Assembly (NCBI GenBank): GCA_047495785.1
Contig: JBLDXI010000017.1
Location: 2,108,001-2,172,000 of the forward strand
Direction of reading: 5' to 3'
DNA: 64,000 bases
Origin: Lepidodermella squamata
Taxonomy: Eukaryota; Animalia; Gastrotricha
Within the stretch, counting starts at the first letter, position 1; every line of letters begins with the position of its first letter. Positions 53,374-64,000 of the stretch are shown here, piece after piece. The notes beneath the pieces were generated by a model. That model was given only the letters and a program-made list of their open reading frames with translations. It made no database searches and was not told where the DNA came from. A program made the position numbers and the translations under genes.

Positions 53374-54913
53374 ATGCTTCCATATCGAGCCAGCGGGTTA
53401 GTGCACTACTATGACCCTATGGAGGCGTCGCAGGAAGATTTTTTCAAGTGCATCATTTGCTTCCGGCATTTGGAGGCCGAGCATAACAGGGCGTGTCAGC
53501 ATTGCAGCAAATGGTATCATGCTAAATGTATCGAAATCTGGGTTCGGCGAAACCGAAATTGCCCCCACTGCCGCATCGAATCAGGAATGGAGAGATTCCC
53601 TATAATTAAGTAAGCGTTTTCCCAATTTGGAAGAGCAATCAGATGGATAAATGATTGAAATTTCAGCCTGGAACAAGGCCTCGGGCCCGCGCCAATGTCC
53701 ATGGCAACGACGCGCAATATATCTCGCGAAAGTAGCCGATCTGACCTGAGTAAGGAGGAGCTTTACGCAACCGTTGTCTCTCACTCACCATCAACATCAC
53801 CATCTTCAAATAACAACTCGCTAAATAGCACCTCTGAACCATGGTCATTACAACGGCGGGGTCATTTCGTTCAAGTCTCACATCGCTGGATTGTCGCTTT
53901 ATTGGCGCGGCCTAATTACACCCTAGCAGTGTCGCGGGATGGAAATTGCACGGTAATAAAAAATTTTTTATTAAAAATAACACTAAAAACTAAATTCAAT
54001 AAAATTTGAGGAAATAAAAAAAATTGTTGGAAATTTTTAATAGGCTGTTTCGAAGAAATCGACTTTCCTGTGGTCGACTGATATCGAAATCGTTGGTGGC
54101 GCTTTCACCTACGTTTGGCACGCGGCCGTCGATGAAAAAAGAGGCCGGGTTCTTTTCAACTTCCACAATGTTCTCGACGTATTCTGCCGGTCTGCCGTTA
54201 ACGTGTACTACGTCGAAATTTCGGCTCTCGAAGAGACCAACGTTAGCCGGTCGATAAAGGCTAAGACTAAACCGTTGTTAACCCACCGCCAGTGGTGCTG
54301 CTTCGGCCTCAGAATCGACCCATTACATGATCTGCTATTCTGCACAGATTGGTACAGTGCGAAGATCGGCATTTGGAGCTTGGCTGAGGTGAATAATAAC
54401 TCGAACGCTGAGCCGAAACACATCATTACCCGGCCGCATGAATTGAACAGCTTCAGCCCGACGCGATGTGCGCTTTTCAGGCCGAGCCCATCCTTACCTC
54501 ACGTCGTTTCTCTCGCGATTTCTGATTGGCGATATGATGCGATTTATTTATTTAAAGTCATTGTTCAAGGCGAAATTTCTAGTCATTACGAGGCTACTCT
54601 GGCGACGAAAGGCTCGCGACCCGGCCGAGTTCGCGGCCCGGTCGATTTGCATTTCGACCCAAGTGGCACGCTGATAGTTGGCGATCAGCAGAACAAACGC
54701 GTTCAGGTATTCATTGCCAACCCTGAACTGCCGCTTTTCGATGTTAAAGTCAGTGAACAAGTCAAGACGCTGTTTTCAGCCATCGCCATTACCGAAGAAT
54801 TGATGTTCGACTCGTCGGCGTCGTTAACGGGGAATTCGATGGCGATCCAGGCGAAGCACATCATGGTCGGATTAAACAATGGCGAGGTTCACTATTTCAA
54901 AGTTGGGCAATAA
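53374..54913 (+). CDS. RING finger plus NHL-like beta-propeller protein (3 exons)
   Basis: RING CIIC..CQHCSKWYHAKC..W..CPHCR. NHL repeat KGSRPGRVRGPVDLHFDPSGTLIVGDQQNKRVQVF. Introns ~53610-53666 and ~53953-54042 join the frames. Confidence 0.7.
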
Positions 54914-55147
54914 CATCGATTTTTTTTAACAATTCATTTACCTGATACATTGCCTATTTTGATAAAATATTAAAATTTTAATTTGAAATTGTGGTCGCAA
55001 TAAATGTTCGCATTTTAGCTACATTTTTCATGAGAACCATTTTATTGCAAACTTATCAATTAAATTATGCTAACTCAGCAGAAATTATACGTATAGAATT
55101 TTTCAAAAAATCGAAATTAAAAAATGCGTTTAGGATTCGACTAGTCC

Positions 55148-56541
55148 TTAGTAGAGATGCCCTCCTCGTAAGGCTTTGTCATCTTCGTCCTGTTTCTTTT
55201 GCTGAGATCCAGCAATTGTAGCCGGTTGCCATTGCTCTTTCTCCTTCAACCGCTCTTCCGCAGCCGCTTTTCGATTTTTGCAAATCACAACAATGGGTAC
55301 AACAAATAAAAACACCTGAAAAAAGAAAAATTAAGAAATCAGAAGCCGGAAATTGATTCGTCATTTTACCAGAATTAGGATAATGGCAATTCCTGGTCCG
55401 ACCATATACCATAAATACTGATTGAACTTGGCCCAAAATTGAGACATGCATCCCTGGAATAAATCGGGATTTTCAGTTTAAAATTTGTGAATTTCAATTT
55501 TTAATACCGTTTTGTAATTTGTCGTTGAATCAATAGTGTAAAACACGCATTGTGCCATGAGTTGCGAGCTTTTCATCGAGGCGCTGTTCGAAGCCGAGGG
55601 GTAGGCTGCTTTGTAAATTTTCGAAGCATTTCCAAGGTAAGCCGAAGTACAGCAACTCGGGGGAATCTTCATCTTTAGGGTCGTTAAATAATTAGTCGGA
55701 TCCTGCATCGTTATCCAACTTTTATTAAACGCTGTGATTAGGAAAAAATTAGGATAATAATCAGGATAATTTAGGTAAAAGCTTACAATTCGCCTGATCG
55801 TAGTCGCCTCCGCCAGTTACGCCGCAGCACTGGAGACCGATCTGGCCAATGTTCCACAGAATATTAGTGGCTTCCAGTGAATCAACAGCCACGTAATTCG
55901 TGATAAGAGTTTGATAAAAATAACTCGATAAAGTTGTGCCAATCTGAAAAATTCAGGAATCTTAAGGCAGATCAAAATTTAATTCCTCTCCTTACCATGT
56001 TCTGCGCGTTTGCGATAACAACAACCAGCACTATGCAAACGATTAGCATAATCCCGATCACGAAATCATACTAATCGGAAGTATAATATGGGACAATTTT
56101 AAGAATGGAAAATCATGAAAAAACCGCATTTCTTACCACTATGACGAACATCACAGAAGTCGCTTTTCCTCGACCGCAAAATGCCATGCAGGTTAGGACG
56201 GAAAGGACGCAAAATACGGATCCAATAATGGAGCAAGCGATCGAAGGTCCTGTTAAATAACTCCCAATATTGGTCGAAGTGTCCTGAAATTTATCGAATC
56301 CATGAAGACGCTATACCATAAGAAAGTCTAACATACCGATGGAATCGGTAGAACTTCAAGTTGGGGCTGAATCGCTGGTCTAAGGACTGCATCGAATAGC
56401 CCTAATAACGTCCCGATCGCGAATAAGGCAAGACCGAGTATCTGTAATTCACGTATTAAATTGATTTCCTAATTGAAATTGCTGGGAGCTTACGCCTAGC
56501 GGTATGTTAAAACCGATGAAACAGCATATAGCGAATGACAT
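55148..56541 (-). CDS. Tetraspanin (about 8 short exons; largely missed by the ORF track)
   Basis: Spliced product MSFAICCFIGFNIPLG|ILGLALFAIG.. with four TMs. Large extracellular loop WNIGQIGLQCCGV..DY, IPPSCC, GC. Confidence 0.85.
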
Positions 56542-57513
56542 TTTGAAATCTCAATTCGTTCGAAGTAAGGTGACAGATTCAGGCTTGGCAATTGTAATGT
56601 ATTGTCACCATCATCATTTGTTGCGCACCGAGTAATGAAGTATTCGCACTTTTTTGTACGAAAACAATGTATTGCGATCGATTTATTAAGGTGAGCCGAC
56701 GGTTTGTTATATTGTTGCTACAACTGCGCAGTAATTTCATCGATCGAGCCTGGTAACCTCACTTTTACAATCGATTTACCATTTCATTGGGATTCGCACT
56801 TATTTCATCTCCAAACTGTGGTGATGAGCCATGTCTTTCATGGGATCATTTTATTGAATTGAAGTTGAAGATAAAGAATTAAAAAAAAACGGTTTTCAGG
56901 TTTTATATGACCGCATTTTTATCAGATTATAACCGCCTTTACTGTGATAAAGCGGCGTCGGAATAGCATTGGGGCTCTTACTAGTGGTTATTTCTGCACA
57001 ATCCCCCTCAATTTATACTTTGTTATCTTCACACTCACTATGAAAATAGGGCATGCTCGAATGTAGTCGAACCTCCTTGATCAAGTAAGATTCCTCTCGC
57101 CAATAATTATTATGATAATCATAAACAGTTTTGAGAGTATTACTATACGAGTGATCGCTTGGTTATTTGATCGATTTTAGGAATTGCGAGACTCTTCAAA
57201 ACTCTGCGGCGTATAATATTACTAGGGGTTTATTAGCTCATTGATTCCACCAATATAAAAAAATGAGATTCGCCGTCCATCGATCAAACTGCGGATGCGA
57301 ATGATATGGGCATATAATGGTAAAATAGGTCATGCACGAATCGGCGAAGGTGATGTTGCATGACGCTAAAAGAAGCATCCATTGCTAATATTTGTTAGTA
57401 TCTATGGTTATATCAAGGCTTTGAAAACAGGATGGGATTTCTGTTTATTTGCTTCAGAAATTTTAAGTTGACCCATTTATTTAGGTGGAAAATATTATTT
57501 TTATTCGGATAAA

Positions 57514-59405
57514 ATGGGTCAGCATAGTTCGTCGTTTCATGTTAACCGAACGCCGCCTAATTTCGAGAAATACGCATCCGATAAAGGCAGCGTTGACTGG
57601 CAAACGCGATCGCTCCACTGGGGAGCATGGTCTGTTCAGGGCTTTCCGAAGTACATGGAGGACCGACTGAGTATAATCGGCGATAAAAGGTTTGAATACT
57701 TTTCAAACTGGGCATTTTTCGGCGTATTCGACGGCCATGCTGGCAAACTGATAGCCGAGGCGTGTTCCAAAAAGTTATTCCATCATGTTGTCGAGACGTT
57801 TTACAAGAAGAAGAGACTGCTAACGAATGGTCTGCGATTAGAGGGGAAGGACGACCAATCAGGCGAATTGGAGACTTTTCCCGTCAACGCAGAGGGCAAC
57901 GAAGAATACAATTTTTCGCCTAGAAGTATGATTTCCCTAACCTTCGAAATTTATTTCACTATTTTTTTCTGCTTAAGACTCTGCGGAGGCTGAATCTGCA
58001 AATGCTGTAGTAAGAGTTTTCTAAGGAATTTTCTGTAACTTCGAAAATTTTCCAATTTCAGAGAAAAATTAGGTTGACGTGTGAGACTTTCAGCGACCTC
58101 ATTAAAGAGTCATTTTTGTCGTTCGACGAGGTCCTTAAGCCTTTGATTATTAAACCAGCCAGTGAAAACTTGGACGAGCCATTCGAACGCAGTGGTTCAA
58201 CTGCCGTTTGCGCCTTCGTCAATCGTGACCATATTTTTGTGGCTCATTGCGGCGATTCTCGCGCCATTATTGTATCAAAAGGCGAAATATTTTACGTAAG
58301 CTGTGATGGAAATGGCTGTCTTATATTAATAAATTTTCCTGATTTTCAGCATTCCCTTGACCACAAGCCTACGGATGAAGCTGAGAAGAAGCGCATCATT
58401 GCTGCTGAGGGCGTAGTCCTAAACGGACGTGTCAACGGAATTCTTGCAGTTTCGAGGTCTTTCGGTGACTTCGATTACAAGTTGAACGACGCGATAGGGC
58501 AAAGTTGTCAAGCCGTATCAGCTGAACCCTACGTTAAAATTCATCGGCGAAAGTCGAAGGACGAATTTATGGTGCTAGCTTGCGATGGAGTTTGGGACGT
58601 GATGAACTCTGAAGATGTAGCAGCATACACGCGGTACTTGTTGCAATGTACGGATGACTTGGAAGAAGTTAGCCACAAGCTGGTCGAAGCCAGCATTGCC
58701 AAAGTTCGATTGACTTCTCGAAATAATCCATCAAAATTGCATTCCTTTACACAGGGAAGTATGGATAATGTTACGGCGATTGTAGTGTCATTCGACTGGA
58801 ACGCTCCGAAATTTGACCCGGCGATGCAACAGAAAGACAAAGAGCTCGAAGAGATGCTGAGGAGTCGAGTTAAAAATTTAATGCTCTCTGGTGAAGGTGA
58901 TAACGTGTTGGCGATTATGCAATCACTTTCGAAGTCGATTCCTAAGGAAGACTTACCTCCAGGGGGAGGCTTAGCTTCAAAGTAATTGCGCAAAATTCCT
59001 TCTGTTATTTAATTTCCGGGTTTATTATCTAGGCGCAAAGTCATTCAGATAGCTTATGAGGAATTTAAAAGTGATCCTGAGGTTCGTTTTGCTTACTCAA
59101 AAATTATTTCAAAATTTTCTGAATTTTTGTTATAGTATATTTCGAAATCCATCAAGCACAAGCCGAATAGACTTTCCGCAGTTATTTCACCGGTGCAAAA
59201 GGTGGGTATAAATTTTCTTTATTTTCTGTAAAACAACTCTTTTATCAGTTAATTTTCTCGCGCAAGTCGGAACGCGCTTCAAGTGTGTCGACTCTGCAGC
59301 CGCCGGACAGTCCTGTTTGTCTCTTTTTCCCGTCTATTTTTGCGCTTTTTCAAATTTTCAATTCATTTACAGGCAAGGAGACGATCGACTTCCGACAGAA
59401 TCTAG
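57514..59405 (+). CDS. PP2C/PPM1A-B-like phosphatase, paralog 1
   Basis: MGQHSS N-terminus; QGFPKYMED, GVFDGHAG, SGSTA, CGDSR, DHKP, LAVSRSFGD, LACDGVWDV, GSMDN, LPPGGGL. Confidence 0.9.
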
Positions 59406-60311
59406 TCATTGTTCTATACCAATAAAATTTTACGATGTGTGATTTAAAAACGCTTGTTTTCTCATCTCAAGCTTTTCACGTATCAACGAATCCGGCTAAT
59501 GAAATAAATTTAGCCAGCCGATGCGATGAAAATTGCTACACATGTTTGTAAATAACAACAGCAGCTGTTGGCGAAAAATAGGCCGGCATGATATATCGTG
59601 GATATAAGTCATCGTAGTATCACCGCGTGTATGATAATTCTACAGCAATTTCATCTTTTACGTCAAACTCACATTGTGGTTATGGACACTATAGGAAACA
59701 AAAGCACCGCGTGGATCAAAAAAGCGTGCCAAGTTAAATGCTCAAGCACTAATAATAATTATACAACAGGACAGCGGCTTCAGGATTATTACCTGGCATA
59801 TATGACGAAACACAAGAGAAATATCTGGGTAGAGGACAATTTCTGTCTTGCCATATTTCCAATCAAATATTTTATATTGAAATTTCACGTTGTACGCAGT
59901 GATAAAAATATTCCTTGTCGCACGGCGACTTTTATCTCCCCTTTCTGTTGAATAGTACTTCGCCTATACTACACTATATTGCACCATTATTTTATCGTCT
60001 TTATTGTTGTTGGCATCAAATATGCAAGCGACGTAGGTTTTACAGCGTGCATATAGCGAGGGGCTTCAAATGCTCTGGTATAGAGTCCACATACTACGCG
60101 AGTTCGTTTTTTTGTATTATGTGCTCTTTTCGCCGGCTTTTTTCGCTACGATGAGTGCTACTCATGAATGCAGGTTCCACGCCCGAAAATCCCAGCCAAT
60201 TTTTTTTTTGTATCCATGTGTCAGACTCTCGGCCTGATTCAAGGACACGAGAAGGCTCTGGATTAATCAATAAGGTTAATCGAATTTTTCAGGTTTTTTA
60301 ACAATACTTTT

Positions 60312-62191
60312 ATGGGATCTTCCCAATCTTCTGTGCCCATCCTCGAAAAATCCGATGCCGAGGGTACCGGGCAATCAGCCGGGTTCCAATGGGCGGTCAG
60401 TTCCATGCAGGGCTGGCCCAAGCATATGGAAGACCGCTTCGCCGTCCGAACCGACATTACGACTGTAGATAGCCCCGATTTCGCCGGTTATTCATTTCTC
60501 GGCGTTTTCGACGGCCACGGCGGTGCGAAAACCGCAGAAGCTTGCTCGGAACAGCTATTGGACGAAATTTTGAAGTACAGCCGAGTGGCTGATGTCAGCA
60601 CATTCGAAGTAGAAGACGAAGAGCCGGTCGGAACATTCTCGTCTAAAAAATCAGTTTTCGGCTCAATCGGCAGCTTCCTCGGCTTACAACCTAAGAATGG
60701 GGAAAATGGGAAGCCGGAGAAGCCGAGACCGTCTCATTTGAAGGAATTCATAGCCCAGGGCCACGTTAATTTCGACATTCACCTTCACGAAAATCAGTTC
60801 GAGCTGCTGAAAATTGAGCCGGCCGACGGCGATGAGGTGGAGGAGGATACGGTCGAGGTGGAAAAAAGCGGGGCAACAGCCATATCGGCATTTGTCTCCA
60901 GCAAATACGTATTTCTCGCGAACTGTGGGGATTCTAGAGCTGTTTTGGTCGCAGGAAATAAAATTAAATCGGTAAGAGAACATCTCAATATAATTATTCT
61001 GAATTTAAGTGATATTTTTAGACCAGAGATCATAAGCCGACCCTTACGGAGGAGAAGGAACGGATTATAGCTGCCGGTGGTATAGTTTTTAACAAAAGAG
61101 TGAACGGCGCCCTGGCGGTCTCCAGGGCTCTGGGTGATTTTGATTTTAAAGGCGAGGAGAATTTGCCACTTGAAAAGCAACCGATCTCACCACTACCTGA
61201 TGTTACGATCCATCGGCGAACTGGCGAAGAAGAGCTGCTAATCATTGCCTGCGACGGTGTATGGGACGTCATGTCTAATGAAGACGTAAGAAAATCTCTG
61301 ATTCTCGATAATTTTTAATGTGTTTTTTAGGTCGTTAGCTATGTCCGCTACTTGTTGCGCACCTCAAAATCGTCGCTGAAAGAAATATGCGGTCGGTTGA
61401 TCGACACTTGCCTTTACAAGGTTCATTACACTATAATATTTCGTTCCTAAATTTTCAATCTCTCCAACAGGGTAGTCGAGACAATTTGACCGTCATTATT
61501 GCTACCTTCAACGATAAGGCGTCCTGTTACGACGAAGCGGCGGCGAAACTCGATGCTGAGTTGGACGTTTTATTGGAGGAAAAAGTCGTTGAAGTTCTGG
61601 AGAATGAGGAAGCCGTTGAAGACGTCGATACATTAATAAGCATCCTAAGCGAAATTCCGATCGAGAACTTGCCACCGGGCGGAGGTCTTAGGTCAAAGTA
61701 AGAATTGCGTGACCTTTAATGCCGTTTTATTACTGCGATTAATTAAGGCGGAATGTCATCGAGAAAATATTCCGCTCGAGGACGTACACGATTCGAAGCG
61801 ATGAAACCGATGAAACTGATTACTATAAGACACCCATTACTTCTCCTGCATCAAAGGTAGGCTGAGAGGGCGGCTTTCCGATTTATTTGTAGACATCTCT
61901 GTGAAGAAACGTTTTACCTTCTCTCTAGCCGATTACAACCCACCAGAGCGGAAGCCCGAAAAGGTCGATGTGAGAACGATGGTCCGCAACTGGCCGCCTA
62001 TTAGTCCTGTTATAAGTCCCCCTAGGCTCAAGCCACGTCCGCAGTCGGCGCCTCCTTTAACCAACATCGAAATGGAGGCAGCTAAAGATTGCCGTTCAAT
62101 GGTATGAATTTGAAAATAATGTTAGCTTCATGATTTCTGGTTCTTTCAGGCTATGGCAAGGCTTAAACAAAGATACCCTGGTTTCAGCTAG
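60312..62191 (+). CDS. PP2C/PPM1A-B-like phosphatase, paralog 2
   Basis: MGSSQS (myristoylation-type); MQGWPKHMED, FDGHGG, NCGDSR, DHKP, LAVSRALGD, IACDGVWDV, GSRDN, LPPGGGL; Pro-rich tail. Confidence 0.9.
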
Positions 62192-62693
62192 TTTTAGGTA
62201 ATTTTTCTTCCCGCAAATTTATTCTTGTTTATACTTAAGCTGCATTTCAGCTCAACGAATTATTATAAAATATCAAAAAACTTCGATCGAAGCTTTTCCA
62301 ATCCGGTGCAATTTGTGATCAAATTACTGTATTTAATCAAATAATGTTGAGCACATCGATTAAAAATTGTTGTAATTGTTGTAATATTGAGGTTTTATCT
62401 GAAAATAAAGAAGAAATTGATTTGGCTATTCGTGCCGTTTTATTATCACACTTTCGCTGTCATTCCATGGAATGAGGCAATTTTTTTTTATCAAATGAAA
62501 GCACTTTACCGCTGATGATTCATATTAAGTTTTTATTTCAATGGTTCTATGCTACAAGCAGAATTTCAGATAGATTAAAGCAACCATAATGGAAAGCTCA
62601 TAATATCAATTGCACCGTTGTCACTAACAAAAATAAGGGTAATACGTTTCGTGTTCAATTTATTTTTGGCAGAAAATAGTCAAATTTGTCGTT

Positions 62694-63583
62694 TCACTGC
62701 GCAGGTGGAGTATCCGGTTGATGATCAGGGTGCGTAGTGCGAAATTCGTCCATTTGCAGCAGATTCTCGTTAATTCGTTTAATAATCGGAAAATCGTCAA
62801 GCGGAACCTTGAAACGATTAGCGTTGTAAACCTGAGGCACCAGGGCCAAATCAGCAATAGTAACTTCATCGCCCAGACAGTATTTTCCAGCCAATTGCTG
62901 CAAATCTGTTTCCAAGGCCTTGAAGCCAACAGTAATCCAATGAGTCGCCTTAAAATTTGTGGTTTATTTTTAATTAGTTTTTTAAGGTGGATTTATTGTT
63001 TTACCCATTCCGTGCGTTTATCTTCGTCCAGCTTTTTCAGAACAGCAAGGTTCTGAACAGGCTGGATGCCAGCGATGACTTGAAGCGCCAAGGAGCGTGC
63101 CTGGTCGTAAAATGACATTACAGGCGGATGAATAATTAAAAACCGCAGATAGAAAAAATCGATTTGTATCATAATATTTTCGTGAATACCTGAGCGCGTT
63201 TTATAGGGTCGCGTGGCAATAAATTGGTGTGCCCAGGCCGCGTCTCGTCCAGATACTCAATGATAGCCATGCTTTCAGTCAGCGTATGCCCATCGATGAC
63301 GAGCGCAGGAACTTTACCGGCTGGGTTTACAGCCAGGTAATCATCACTGCGCTGGTCGCCTTTCAACAAATTGATCGTCTTGTACTCGTAATCAACTTTT
63401 TTCAGCGCAAGTGCTAATGGATTAAATTATTTGAAAAAAATCGAATATAAATTCAATGATTTTACCGATTCGAACGCGCCATGAACAAGAGCTTCGAAAG
63501 TACGAATACAAAATAGGCTGATGAAATAATTCACTCGCGTCAATATGACCTAATTCAATCGATAATTAACTCACCTTAGCCAT
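62694..63583 (-). CDS. GSTZ1: Glutathione S-transferase zeta / maleylacetoacetate isomerase
   Basis: MAK|PILYSYFRSSCSWRVRI, NPAGKVPAL, ESMAIIEYL, GIQPVQN, GDEVTIADL..PQVYNANRF, HPDHQPDTP. Confidence 0.95.
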
Positions 63584-64000
63584 GTCACCCACCGATCGAT
63601 AAATACACGGAGTAAGAAGCCTAGATAGGGTTTATAGATGACATGTTTTTTATTAAAACCGCAATTATTATTTCCTTGTATTTGTATCTTTTATTTGCTG
63701 CGCGATTGTAATTTTCAACACATTATCAACGCATACTTGTAAACTGTTCATTTTTTTCATTATTTAAACCGAGTAGTGAATGGACCACAGAAAAATGACA
63801 CGCAATATTCTGTTTCGCTTACTTGATACGTCACGTATGTATAATAGGATACTACGCTTCGAAACAAGGGGTACAGACACGACGATTTCAGTAGCGTAAT
63901 CATCTCACAAATCTACCTACTCTGCTTTGTACAAATATTTCAATAAACATAGATTTTCAATAATCATTAATCAGCGAGCAGAGACGGGAAAAAAATCATC

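Overview
Compact invertebrate (metazoan) nuclear DNA. Genes are dense and most GT-AG introns are about 50-60 nt. Histone genes carry canonical metazoan stem-loops. The species cannot be identified from the sequence alone. Genes reconstructed by eye, in order: secreted two-ShK-like protein; two tandem arginases; PPxY single-pass membrane protein; carbonyl reductase-type SDR; four tandem paralogous small secreted helical proteins; EGF/WAP/thyroglobulin-1/antistasin type I membrane protein; NPC2; RIC-8 (3.1-kb intron holding a foldback structure); TLC-domain protein; ISCU; RTF1; two near-identical divergent H3-H4 pairs flanking a ~1,700-aa signal peptide-CCP-trypsin-CCP-ankyrin-repeat gene; intron-containing, fungal Hom6-like homoserine dehydrogenase; RING-NHL protein; tetraspanin; two PP2C/PPM1A-like phosphatases; GST-zeta. 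Several MITEs are also present. Best leads: (1) the four-gene secreted family, whose core helix resembles egg-laying hormone (ELH/DH44/CRH) but carries a new C-x9-C/F-[FY]-I-W extension; (2) an apparently extracellular protease-ankyrin fusion between histone repeats; (3) a homoserine dehydrogenase in an animal; (4) a non-canonical palindromic histone downstream element shared by H3 and H4. Exon boundaries are manual and unverified by transcripts.
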